DNA from: Planctomycetota bacterium | GTDB lineage: Bacteria > Planctomycetota > UBA8108 > SXIK01 | Length of the DNA stretch: 64,000 nt | Direction of reading: 5' to 3' | Assembly (NCBI GenBank): GCA_965223265.1 | Contig: OZ244999.1 | Location: 2,592,001-2,656,000 of the forward strand | Shown here: positions 1 to 9,911 of the stretch, in pieces | Position numbering within the stretch: the first letter of the stretch is position 1 | Layout: the number at the start of each line of letters is the position of its first letter | Notes under the pieces: model-generated | Databases searched by the model: none | The model's input: only the letters and a program-made list of their open reading frames with translations | What the model was told of the DNA's origin: nothing | Made by a program: the position numbers and the translations under genes

Positions 1-2
1 GC

Positions 3-470
3 CGCCAGGAGAACTACTACGTCTACGAAACAGAGGTCCCGGATCACTTTCTCTTTCGCAAGCCGATTGTCGTGGATGTGGCATCGGGCACGACGTTCGG
101 GCACGCGCCAAACGGTGGACTACCGCGTGCGGGCGGACACGAAGCTGACGTACGCCTAAGCACGCTCAGGCGATTGACCGGCGCTTCGCCGCCCGGGGCG
201 CTCTTTCCTGAGGAGCCGGAAGGAATCGTCACCCTCGCGCGCATGCGAACGACAGGTGCCCGGGCGCTCGACTACTTCGCGCGTTGGGATGAGAATCCCG
301 AGCAGGTCGTCGCGGAGATGATCTACTGGGAACGCCCCCAGGGCGGGCGCGTGTTTCATGCCGGCACCATTGCGTCGGGGTGGGCGCTCTCGGTCGACCC
401 GAAGATGCAGCAGCTTGTAACGAACGTCTTGAATCACTTCGGCGTCAAGCCGGCCGGAGTGGGGGAGTGA
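3..470 (+). CDS. C-terminal part of an N,N-dimethylformamidase beta-subunit-like protein (5' truncated by window)
   Basis: Frame is open from position 3 to TGA at 470. Motifs GGHEAD and AEMIYWERPQGGRVFHAGTIASGWAL...LVTNVLNHF resemble the DMFase large-subunit C-terminus. Confidence 0.65.
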   Translation, partial: RQENYYVYETEVPDHFLFRKPIVVDVASGTTFGHAPNGGLPRAGGHEADVRLSTLRRLTGASPPGALFPEEPEGIVTLARMRTTGARALDYFARWDENPEQVVAEMIYWERPQGGRVFHAGTIASGWALSVDPKMQQLVTNVLNHFGVKPAGVGE

Positions 471-639
471 AGGAGGCAGAGACGGAGAGAGAGGCAGAGG
501 CGGAGAAAGAGAACGCCTATACAACCGCCCACAGGAATGGGAACGCAGAGTCGGGGCGGCGATGGATGCTCGCGCCCACGCCCACGCAAACGCCCACGCA
601 AACGCCTTCAAACGCCCACACAATCGCACAGGACTTCGC

Positions 640-1737
640 ATGAACGACACCACACCCAGCATCCACCGTCGCCATTTTCTCTCCGCCGCGGCAGCCGGCG
701 TCGCTGCGTTCCCGCTTGCCGCTCGCGGGGCCCGCGGTGCCGATGCCGCGAAGAAGCCAAAGATCAAGATCGGCCAAATCGGGACCGGGCATGCGCACGC
801 CCGGGGGGTGTTCTCGTCGCTGCGTGAGGTCGCTGATGACTTTGACATCATCGGCGTCGTGGAGAATGACCCGCAGCGGCGTGAGGCGCTCGGCGGCGCG
901 TACCAGGGAGTTCGCTTGATCAGCGAAGAGCAGCTCTTGAACACCCCAGGCTTGCAGGCCGTCGTCGTCGAGACCGAAGTGCGGGATCTTCTGCCGACGG
1001 CCAAACGCTGTGTGCGAGCCGGAATGCACGTTCACCTCGACAAGCCACCGGGCGAATCGCTCGCCGAGTACAAGCAGCTGCTCGACGACGCGACGCGACA
1101 GCAGATCGTCGTACAGATGGGGTACATCTACCGCTATCACCCTGCTTTTCAGTTCTGCTTTCGCGCCGTTAGCGAAGGGTGGCTCGGAGATGTCTTTGAA
1201 GTTCATGGCGTCATGAGCAAGAAGGTCGGGCCTGAGTCGCGCCGCAAGCTCGCCGAGTTCGCTGGCGGCTCGATGTTCGAGATCGGTTGCCACGTGATCG
1301 ACGCAATCGTCACCGTGCTCGGACCGCCGCAAAAAGTCACACCCTTCGTTCGCCGCACGCATCCTGACCGCGATACGCTCGCCGACAATCAGCTGGCCGT
1401 CTTCGATTACCCGAACGCGACCGCTGCTCTGCGCAGCTCGTTGATCGAGTATGCGGGCGGCCAGCGGCGACAGTTCACGGTCTGCGGTGAGTATGGTACC
1501 TTTGATCTGCGGCCTCTCGGCGGTACCAGCTTTCGTCTGGCTCTCGAGCGACCGCGAGGTGGGTTCAAGAAGGGGTATCAAGATGTCACCCTGCCCACGA
1601 GGCGGCGTGGTTTCGTCGGTGACTTCCGCAACCTCGCAGCGCTCATTCGTGGTGAGAAGGAGAACGACTACCCGCCAGAGCACGACCTGGCCGTGCACGA
1701 GGCAGTACTGCGGGCGAGCGGGTATGATGTTGAGTGA
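640..1737 (+). CDS. Tat-exported Gfo/Idh/MocA family oxidoreductase
   Basis: Twin-arginine signal HRRHFLSAAAAG; Rossmann start IKIGQIGTGHAHA; HVHLDKPPG; QMGYIYRYHP; EIGCHVID. ATG 640 chosen because it directly precedes the Tat peptide. Confidence 0.9.
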   Translation: MNDTTPSIHRRHFLSAAAAGVAAFPLAARGARGADAAKKPKIKIGQIGTGHAHARGVFSSLREVADDFDIIGVVENDPQRREALGGAYQGVRLISEEQLLNTPGLQAVVVETEVRDLLPTAKRCVRAGMHVHLDKPPGESLAEYKQLLDDATRQQIVVQMGYIYRYHPAFQFCFRAVSEGWLGDVFEVHGVMSKKVGPESRRKLAEFAGGSMFEIGCHVIDAIVTVLGPPQKVTPFVRRTHPDRDTLADNQLAVFDYPNATAALRSSLIEYAGGQRRQFTVCGEYGTFDLRPLGGTSFRLALERPRGGFKKGYQDVTLPTRRRGFVGDFRNLAALIRGEKENDYPPEHDLAVHEAVLRASGYDVE

Positions 1738-1800
1738 GAGAGAATCGATCGATCATCGCCAGCGTGCCCACTGCCACGGCAAGCGCATTAAGGACATCCG

Positions 1801-2016
1801 GTGGACACCAAACCGCGACCGAATCATAGGCTCTACGTCCGCGTGCTGAGACGGATGACACCAGAGGAACGGCTCCGCAAGGCCTTCGAGCTGTCGAAGT
1901 TTTCGCGTGACCTTTTTGTGCAGGGACTTCGCAGTCGTTATCCCGATCTCTCCGAAGATGAGTTTCGCGAGATTCTTCTCGAGCGTTTGGAGCGATGTCA
2001 CAACCAGAACTACTGA
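1801..2016 (+). CDS. Small helical protein, putative partner/antitoxin of the downstream nucleotidyltransferase
   Basis: 71 aa with LRRMTPEERLRKAFELS...GLRSRYPDLSEDE; AAGGA upstream; overlaps the next gene by 22 nt. Confidence 0.7.
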   Translation: MDTKPRPNHRLYVRVLRRMTPEERLRKAFELSKFSRDLFVQGLRSRYPDLSEDEFREILLERLERCHNQNY

Positions 2017-2558
2017 ATCTCGTTGTCAGCGTGCTGGACGACTGCGAGATCGAGTACATGCTCACCGGTTCCATCGCGTCGAGCTTGCAGGGGCAACCGC
2101 GCTCGACGCATGACATCGATTTTGTCGTGGCGATGCAGGCGGCTGACAGCGCGAGGCTACTCAGTGCTTTTCCGCCTCCTGAGTTCTATCTTTCCGAAGA
2201 GGCGATACACCAGGCGCTTGAACGCAGGTCGATGTTTAACCTGCTTTCCACTCGTGAGGGTGACAAGGCTGACTTTTGGCAGCTGACGGATGAACCGTTC
2301 GACCAGTCACGTTTTTCGCGTCGGATTGTCGAAGCGTTCGGTGGTATGAATCTTCGAGTTTCCGCGCCTGAAGACACCATCTTGGCCAAGCTGTCATGGG
2401 CGCAGCGCTCCGGGGGAAGTGAGAGACACTTCGTGGATGCTCTGAGTGTGTACGAAGTGCAGCGCGAGACGCTTGACGAGCGTTACCTGGACCACTGGTC
2501 GCACGCTCTTGATGTGGCGAGTCTTTTGTCGCGCGTTCGGTCGCAGGCGAAGGATTGA
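1995..2558 (+). CDS. Nucleotidyltransferase-fold protein (AbiEii/DUF6036-like)
   Basis: YMLTGSIASSLQGQPRSTHDIDFVV (GS...DxD NTase motif); SAPEDTILAKL; RHFVDALSV. Confidence 0.8.
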   Translation: MSQPELLNLVVSVLDDCEIEYMLTGSIASSLQGQPRSTHDIDFVVAMQAADSARLLSAFPPPEFYLSEEAIHQALERRSMFNLLSTREGDKADFWQLTDEPFDQSRFSRRIVEAFGGMNLRVSAPEDTILAKLSWAQRSGGSERHFVDALSVYEVQRETLDERYLDHWSHALDVASLLSRVRSQAKD

Positions 2559-2724
2559 CCGCCGCGACGCCGCTGCCCGGTCACATCGGGTGAGAACCAC
2601 GATTTGGGCCTAGCGCCAACGACGTGACCTCAGGAATCCGCGGTCGAGGCCTATGGGGCGATGTGTGATAAGATGGTCCTCTGGGATCGAGAGACTGCCG
2701 GTGCGGCAGAGAGATGAGGTTGAG

Positions 2725-5700
2725 ATGGTTGAGAACAAGAGCGGGACAATCCGCAGGCCTCGATGCCAGAGTCTGCTTGTGATCGTGGCGTGCGTGGCCG
2801 CTTTCGTTGCCGCGGCACCCGTTGTGGGTGACACCGTCGTCTACTTCGAGATGGCCCAAGAGTGGCGCTTCTTTCAAGGCACTGCGGAGCCTTCCGGCCG
2901 CACTCTCGACTGGACGCAGCCGCAGTTCGACGACTCGACGTGGTCCTCGGGCCTGGCTCCGTTCGGCTTCGGCAACTCGCCACCCTTCGGCACCGATCTG
3001 AGCCAACTCCAGCCGCCGATGCAGGACAACTACACGACGCTCTACCTGCGGACGACGTTCGAAATCCCAGAGCTCGCCGACGTCTTCAGCTTCGTGGCGC
3101 GAGTCTTCGTCGATGACGGTCTTCGCTTTTGGATCAACGGGCAGCTCGTTCAGGTCTTCAGAGCTCCTGACGGCGAATTCGTCCCGTTCGATGCCGTTGC
3201 CACTGCTGCTCACAGTCCGCGTGTTCCAGAAGAGTTCGTCTTTGAGGACCCGAGCAGCTTTCTCGTCGAAGGCACGAATGTCGTCGCGATCCAGCTCTTC
3301 AACCGCAGTATCACGAACGGCGATCTTAAGTTCGACCTCGAGTTGCGCGATCCGATTGGACCTGACATCGTGCCACCAAGTCTTACGTCGGTGCTGCCGT
3401 CTCCGGGTCGTGTCGTCAGTCGATTGACTCGCATTGAGGTTTCGTTCGACGAACCGGTGACCGGTGTCGACCCCGAGGACCTCCTCATCAACGGCGCTGC
3501 GGTCGCCGCGCTTCGGGGCAGTGGTAGCGGACCGTATGAGTTCACGTTCGACGCGCTCCCACGGGGCGAAGTCGCTGTGGCGTGGCGCGACGGGCACGCG
3601 ATCACCGACGTCTCCGAGAAGCGCAACCCGTTCGCGGGCGACCCCTGGAGCTATCGAGTCGATCCCGACGTCGCCGTTCCGGCCGTCGTCATCAGCGAGT
3701 TCCTGGCGGCAAACCGCTCTGGAATTCCCGACGAGAATCGCGACCGAGGCAGCTGGATCGAACTGCGCAGCGACGTGGTAGACCCCGTCAGACTCAGCGG
3801 TTTTTCGCTCACGGACGATCGCCGTCGCGTCGACAAATGGGTTTTCCCCGACGTCACGCTTGATCCGGGGGCGCGTTTGGTCGTGTTCGCCAGCGGTAAA
3901 GACCGCCGTGCACCCGATAGTGAACTGCACACGAACTTCGAGCTCGACACGCGCGGTGAGTATCTCGGACTCTATGACGATCAATCGCCGCGCCGGGTGA
4001 TCTTCGAAGTGACGCCGCGTTACCCGCAGCAGCAGCCGGATGTTTCGTATGGCCTCAACGCTGCAGGCGAGTTCTCCTACCTTAGCCCGCCGACACCTCT
4101 TGAGGCGAACGACAGCGCCGTGGTGTTCGGCGAAATCGTCCGCGCGCCGCTGTTGAGCGTCGAGCGCGGTTTTTATACAGATCCCGTCGAAGTCACGGTC
4201 GAGGCGCCCACCGCTGGATCTGAAGTTTTCTTCACGCTGGACGGCTCTGAGCCGACGCCGGACGCCGAAACTGCCAGTCCCTATTCAGAGCCGCTGACCT
4301 TCACCACTACGACGATGCTGCGTGCGCGAGCGTTTCGCAGCGGCGACCTACCCAGCGCGACGGCGACGAGCACGTACATCTTCGTCGACGACGTGGTTCA
4401 GCAGCGGTTTTTACGAGCTGACGTCATCGACGACCCCGCCAGTAACGCGGCGTTTCGCGCCAGTCTCGAGGGGATCCCGATTCTATCGATTGTCACTAGT
4501 CGCGACATCATGTTCGGACCCGGCGGTGCCTACAGCTCAAAGGGGGACCACCCCGCGTCCGTCGAGCTCATCCACGCTGACGGCGCCGAGGGTTTCCAGG
4601 TCGACTGTTCGATCGAGCGTCACAGTAACGCCGAGAGCAAGACGAGCCTGCGCCTCATGTTTAAGCGGGAGTACGGCGTCGACAAGTTGCGCTATCCGTT
4701 CTTCGATTCGGCGCCGCTGCACGCGGACTCGGCGGTGCGTGAGTTTGACCGCATCATTCTCCGCAGCGGTAAGAACCAAAGCTGGCCGAACGGCCGATTC
4801 CGTGAACTCGTGACATATGTTGAGGACCAATGGGTGCGCGATTCGCAGCTGGCGATGTCAGGCATCGGATCGCACGGCACGTTCGTTCATCTCTTTATCC
4901 GCGGCAACTACTGGGGACTCTACAATCCGGTCGAGCGCCCCGATGCTTGGTTCACCTCGGCTTACTTCGGCGGCGGGAAGGCCGACTACTTCGCCACCAA
5001 CTTCAATATCGACGAAGGCAGCGGACGGCACCTCAGCGGCGATCCGTCGCGCTTCAACGACATGGTCGAAATGGCCCTGGAGCGTGAGTTGGCTGATCCC
5101 GAGCGGTACGCCGCGTTTCGCGAGTTCGTCGACGTCGAGAAGTTCATCGACTACGTGATTTTGTTCTGGTTCTCGGGTTTCGGCGACGGAATCGAGAACA
5201 ACTGGTATGGCGGTGCGCGGACATCACCGGCGGGGACGTTCATGTATTTCATGTGGGACGGGGAGTTTATTTTTCTGAGCACCGCTGGGCCACCAGGGAA
5301 CGGTGTCGCGTGGGTGCCTCCCTACTTTTTCAACAACGACCTTGGGACGACATCCATCGTTCGCGTCTGGAAGGCTCTTCTCGATAACCCAGAGTTCCGT
5401 GTTCTCTTCGCCGATCGTGTCTACAAGCACTGCTTCAACGATGGCGCGCTGACAGCAGCGGAGTCGCGCGCGCGCTTGAAGGCGTTGACCGACTTTATCG
5501 AGGACGCAATCGTCGGCGAGTCAGCCCGCTGGGGTGGGGGCTTCACGCGTGAAGGCCACTGGCGGCCAGCCGTCGAGCGGCTCAATCAAAAACTCGTCGA
5601 CAACGTCGAGATCTTTATCATAGCTCTTCGCCGCTGGTCCCATGCGGGTTGGCCAGGGGCGGAGCTCTATCCGAGCGTCGATCCGCCGCTCTTCAGCCAA

Positions 5701-7701
5701 CATGGTGGTGAGATACAACCAGGGTTCCTGCTCACTCTGATCCCGCCCGATTTCGAAGGTGTTGAGGTCTACGTGACAACGGACGGCAGCGACCCGCGCA
5801 CACCGCTCACAGGCGACGTGTCGCCGGGTGCGATGCTCTACAGCGAAGCGATCGCTCTCGATAAGCAAACAACGGTGAAGGCGCGTGCACTTCAGGGGGG
5901 AGTGTGGAGTGCGCTCAACGAGGCGGAGTTCGTGATCAGCGATCTCCCGCCGCCAGTCGGCGTGGTCATCAGCGAGATTTTCTACAACGCTGGCGGCGTC
6001 GACTCGGAGCACGATGTGGAGTTCGTCGAGCTCACCAACCCCACGGCGGCACCCCTGCAACTTGATGGAACGTTCTTTTCTGATGGGATCCGATTCACTT
6101 TCCCGCCAGGGACACAGTTAGAACCCGGGGGGTACATCGTGCTCGCGTCCGACGCGTTCGTTTTCCGCGAGCTTTATCCCGGCGTGGCTCTCTTCGACAC
6201 GTTCGCAGGTCGGCTCGCAGATGGAGGTGAGCGTGTGACGCTGCGGAGTGCGGCAGGCGAGCGACTCTTCTCAGTGAGCTATGAAGACAGCGGGCTGTGG
6301 CCGGTGGCGGCAGATGGCTTAGGCTTTTCTCTCGTCTTAACGGACGGTGCTGCCGTTGACGATCCAGACGCAGCCGACGACCCGTTTCGCTGGCACGCGA
6401 GTGAGTTGGCCGGCGGCTCACCGGGGCGCACTGAGAGCACAGTATTCAGCGCTGACGTTTTCATCAGCGAAGTCGCCGTTCAAGCTCTGCCGGCAGTGGA
6501 CGCCGTTGAGTTGGTCAACTTCGAGGACGTCGATGTCGACGTGAGTGGCTGGTTTCTGAGTCCGGCGCGCTTTGACGGCGACGCGCTCCGACGCTTCCGC
6601 ATTCCGAATGGCATGGTGATCGAGCCGGGCGGCTACCTCGTGCTGCGCGAGACCGAACTGCTCGTGTTGCCTGAAGATCCAGGTGACCTATTGCCGCACG
6701 ATATCGGCGGCAATCTCTACCTCTCGTCTGCCGATGCGAACGAACGGCTGACAGGACACATCACGAGCGCGCGGTTCGGTCCGGAAAGCGTCGGGACGAG
6801 CTTCGGCCTGCACGCGACGTCGACAGGGCTCGACTTCACCGCGCTCCGCTCGACGACGCTGGGTCGTGACAACGCCGCGCCGCGTCTCGCCGAGGTCGTG
6901 ATCAACGAGATTCACTACAACCCAGCCGATACAGGGAGCGAATTTGTCGAGCTGTTCAATCCGGGGACGACCGCGCTCTTGCTCGACGGCTGGGAGCTTG
7001 GGGGCGTTCGCGATCGCGGCGGCGAAGAGCGTTTTGCGTTTCCTGACGGCGTGACGTTAGCCGCGCGTGGTTACGCGCTGATCGTAGGTAGCGACCCGGA
7101 GGCCTTTCGTTTGGCCCACGGAGTACCACCGACCGTGCCGATCGCCGGTCCGTTCGCCGGCGCGCTCAGTAACGGCGGTGAGCGCCTACGACTGTGGAAA
7201 CCGATTGCCGCTGCGTCTGACGTTTTCAGCCGCGTCGATTCTGTGCGCTACGACGATGCGGCGCCGTGGCCTGAAGCAGCTGACGGCGACGGTGCATCGC
7301 TTGAGCGCATCGAGGCGTCGGCGTACGGCAACGAAGTCTTGAACTGGGCCGCATCGCTCGCCGCGGGTGGCACCCCTGGAGAGAAAAACAGCGCCACTCC
7401 CGACAGTGGTTCGGGCGGTCAGAGACTGCCAAGCGACATCACACAAGACGGCCGCCTGAGTGTGAGCGACGCGATCGTGCTTCTCGGACATCTGTTCGGT
7501 TTTCTGCCAGCGCAGACTCCGTGCGGTGACGGAGAGCAGGCAGAAGCCGGCACGCGGCGCCTCCTCGATGCGAACGGCGACGTCCTCGTCAACGTCGCCG
7601 ACGCTGTCTACCTGCTCAACTATCTTTTTGCCTCGGGCCCGGGGCATCGGCTCGGCGCGGAGTGCGTACCCATTGTGGGTTGTCCTAACGGATGCCCGTA
7701 G
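2725..7701 (+). CDS. Large secreted CotH kinase-like protein with lamin-tail domains, chitobiase/Fn3-associated domains and C-terminal dockerin-like module
   Basis: Signal peptide; LTD starts VVISEFLAAN, VVISEIFYN, VFISEV, VVINEIHYNP; FFTLDGSEP and YVTTDGSDP; CotH motifs YWGLYNPVERPD, NNWYG, FMWDGE, ESARWG; C-terminal SDITQDGRLSVSDAI...DANGDVLVNVADAVYLLNYLF. GAGG precedes ATG 2725. Confidence 0.85.
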   Translation: MVENKSGTIRRPRCQSLLVIVACVAAFVAAAPVVGDTVVYFEMAQEWRFFQGTAEPSGRTLDWTQPQFDDSTWSSGLAPFGFGNSPPFGTDLSQLQPPMQDNYTTLYLRTTFEIPELADVFSFVARVFVDDGLRFWINGQLVQVFRAPDGEFVPFDAVATAAHSPRVPEEFVFEDPSSFLVEGTNVVAIQLFNRSITNGDLKFDLELRDPIGPDIVPPSLTSVLPSPGRVVSRLTRIEVSFDEPVTGVDPEDLLINGAAVAALRGSGSGPYEFTFDALPRGEVAVAWRDGHAITDVSEKRNPFAGDPWSYRVDPDVAVPAVVISEFLAANRSGIPDENRDRGSWIELRSDVVDPVRLSGFSLTDDRRRVDKWVFPDVTLDPGARLVVFASGKDRRAPDSELHTNFELDTRGEYLGLYDDQSPRRVIFEVTPRYPQQQPDVSYGLNAAGEFSYLSPPTPLEANDSAVVFGEIVRAPLLSVERGFYTDPVEVTVEAPTAGSEVFFTLDGSEPTPDAETASPYSEPLTFTTTTMLRARAFRSGDLPSATATSTYIFVDDVVQQRFLRADVIDDPASNAAFRASLEGIPILSIVTSRDIMFGPGGAYSSKGDHPASVELIHADGAEGFQVDCSIERHSNAESKTSLRLMFKREYGVDKLRYPFFDSAPLHADSAVREFDRIILRSGKNQSWPNGRFRELVTYVEDQWVRDSQLAMSGIGSHGTFVHLFIRGNYWGLYNPVERPDAWFTSAYFGGGKADYFATNFNIDEGSGRHLSGDPSRFNDMVEMALERELADPERYAAFREFVDVEKFIDYVILFWFSGFGDGIENNWYGGARTSPAGTFMYFMWDGEFIFLSTAGPPGNGVAWVPPYFFNNDLGTTSIVRVWKALLDNPEFRVLFADRVYKHCFNDGALTAAESRARLKALTDFIEDAIVGESARWGGGFTREGHWRPAVERLNQKLVDNVEIFIIALRRWSHAGWPGAELYPSVDPPLFSQHGGEIQPGFLLTLIPPDFEGVEVYVTTDGSDPRTPLTGDVSPGAMLYSEAIALDKQTTVKARALQGGVWSALNEAEFVISDLPPPVGVVISEIFYNAGGVDSEHDVEFVELTNPTAAPLQLDGTFFSDGIRFTFPPGTQLEPGGYIVLASDAFVFRELYPGVALFDTFAGRLADGGERVTLRSAAGERLFSVSYEDSGLWPVAADGLGFSLVLTDGAAVDDPDAADDPFRWHASELAGGSPGRTESTVFSADVFISEVAVQALPAVDAVELVNFEDVDVDVSGWFLSPARFDGDALRRFRIPNGMVIEPGGYLVLRETELLVLPEDPGDLLPHDIGGNLYLSSADANERLTGHITSARFGPESVGTSFGLHATSTGLDFTALRSTTLGRDNAAPRLAEVVINEIHYNPADTGSEFVELFNPGTTALLLDGWELGGVRDRGGEERFAFPDGVTLAARGYALIVGSDPEAFRLAHGVPPTVPIAGPFAGALSNGGERLRLWKPIAAASDVFSRVDSVRYDDAAPWPEAADGDGASLERIEASAYGNEVLNWAASLAAGGTPGEKNSATPDSGSGGQRLPSDITQDGRLSVSDAIVLLGHLFGFLPAQTPCGDGEQAEAGTRRLLDANGDVLVNVADAVYLLNYLFASGPGHRLGAECVPIVGCPNGCP

Positions 7702-7991
7702 CCGTGCGTCGCGAAGGAACCACTCCACGGGCACCAGAGAGCGCCGAGCTGAAGCGCGGCGAGGCATAGTCGAGGTTGGGCTGGCCATCGGGACTCAGAA
7801 GTCTTGCGCACTCTTTCCTCCCCTGAGAGAGTTTGTGAGTGTTCAAAGACTGTTCCCGAAGAGTAGCAGGCACACTCCCGTGTGCCGTTTCCGGACGTGA
7901 GCTTAGAGCGTGACGGGGACCGTGGACCGTGAGCGTGACCGTGACGTCTTGGCGCGTGCCTGCTACTTTGAAGACGTCACTCTGCGTGCGA

Positions 7992-9310
7992 TCACGTCTC
8001 GCAGTCGAAGAGTCGATCCGGCGTCGCATCGACGCCTGCTTCCGGATAGGGAACCGGTGGGCGTTCACCACTGCGAAAGAGATAGTTGAGGAGGAAGACC
8101 GGATCCGCCACGGTCAGCACACCGTCGTCGTTGGTGTCGCTGGCGTCGCCGCAGCGCAGGGCGCGGCCGCGAAAGAGCTCGAGCACCTGGACGACCGCGT
8201 CCCCGAGCCCGAGTGCGCCGTTGGCGTCGCTGTCACCGCGCAGGAACACCGACGCGGCCGTGGCCTCACCCTCGAACTGCAGCTGGACAACGGCGATATC
8301 ATTCTCGTTGCCGTTGAATTCAGTCCCGGCGGTGACGATGCGCCCCGAAGGGGTGAGCGCGAAATCTTGGATGTCGACGAGGTCGTCGAAGCGGCGATGC
8401 GAGAAACTGAGTCGCCAGAGATCGGCACCATCGGCGTCGACGGCGATCAAGTTGCGTCCCGCATGCATCACGAAGCCGCTGCTCGTCGCGAACACTGCTC
8501 CTATCATGGCCCGGTCTTCAGCGACAGTGAAGACTCGTTGCCATCCTAGACCACCATCAGGGGTGATTCGGGCGAGATAAGGGCGTGTTCTATCATGCTC
8601 CCCGGAGACCCCGATACCGCCAACACCGTGATCCACCGCACCCGCGCGAGGTTGGAGATCTGGGCAATTCCGTCCCACACCTCCTCCCCAGTCGCAGTGA
8701 GCGCTCGGACTCCTTGACGGGGCACTGCGACGATCCATTCATCACCTCGACGCGCGATGGCTTCGATTCCGGATAGATCGAGGATGGCGTGGGTCTCCGT
8801 GCGAGTAACGCCGACGAGCCCCGCGTCGGTCACCACAGCAATGTCTCCTGGTCCTATCGCGAACGCCATGGGCTCTGCATTCCGCGGGCCGGCGGTGATG
8901 TTTTCGACACGAATCGACCTTTCGACGTTGCCATCGGCGTCGAGCCAGACGACGAGATCGCTACCGACCGCTGCGATGCTGCCGTCGCTCAGGCAAACCA
9001 CTGAGCGAACGCTGATGAGTACCTCCAGAGTTCGCTGCCAAAGTACCTGACCCTCTTCGTCGAGCTTGACGATGTATCCGACCTCAATGGGGGTGAAGGA
9101 ATCACTCTCGCCGCCGACGACGATGCTGTTGTCCGTGCCGACACAAACGCTCCGGGCGGAGTCGTCGATCCCACCTCCGATGGCTCGCGACCAGGCGGTG
9201 AAGGGCCTGACATCGTCCGCCCCAGCTGGAGGCGCGGACACGAATAGAACCAGAAACCAGAGAGAAAGAGCGAACGAACGAACGAAACAGATGTGACGTC
9301 GCACTGCCAT
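7992..9310 (-). pseudogene. Secreted beta-propeller protein with C-terminal dockerin-like module, split by a frameshift near 8670 (pseudogene or assembly error)
   Basis: ORF 8546-9310 carries GGAGG RBS, signal peptide and propeller motifs (YIVKLDEEGQVLWQRTL). Overlapping ORF 7992-8738 continues the same repeat type (YLARITPDGGLGWQRVF) and ends in FLRGDSDANG...DTNDDGVLTVADPVFLLNYLF. Confidence 0.7.
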
Positions 9311-9911
9311 ACTGACCTCCATTTCCCCGGAATTTGCCAGTTGCGTTTGAAATAAGCTCTGGCGCTGAAGACGAAGCCCCGCGCTCCCCCTCAGAGGCGA
9401 CGGAAGGCGTCACCCTCTCGATCCTGCGTGCCGGCGCGGGCGACGGCTCGATTTCGCCCGGTCGCCACCTTTGCGGCGAGCCGGACACGGTTGCGTGTCG
9501 AAAACTCCTGGCCATCACCCAAGCGCGGAATCCCTACCCGACCGCCGAGTCATCACAACGGCTCGATGCAAATGTTATTCCGCAGTCGCTTCCGTCGACG
9601 TCGACTCGCGTAAGTCCTCTCGCGTGACGACGTTTCCTCTGTTGTCAACGGCGGAGTGAAAATCCCCGCGGCGTCGCAGTGTTCCAAGGTGCCTTTACAC
9701 TGTGTGTCCCAACCGCCCAGGCCGAAAGCAGGGAGGAGCTTGAGGAGAGCACGCAGATGTCAACGATGTCGACTGCGGGCGCACCATGGACGGTGCACGC
9801 GCACGAACCCTGTGCCTCAATAGAAAGCGCCCGGGAAATGCCGCCTCGTGTGGCGACATTTCCCGAGCGTACAAGAGATTCTCGTGACACCGGAACGGGG
9901 CGTTTCTCAGA

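Noticed and set aside
9330-9900. Long intergenic region with GC hairpins as a possible riboswitch or ncRNA
   Set aside because: I recognised no riboswitch consensus, and short hairpins are expected at this GC content. An Rfam/Infernal scan would settle it.
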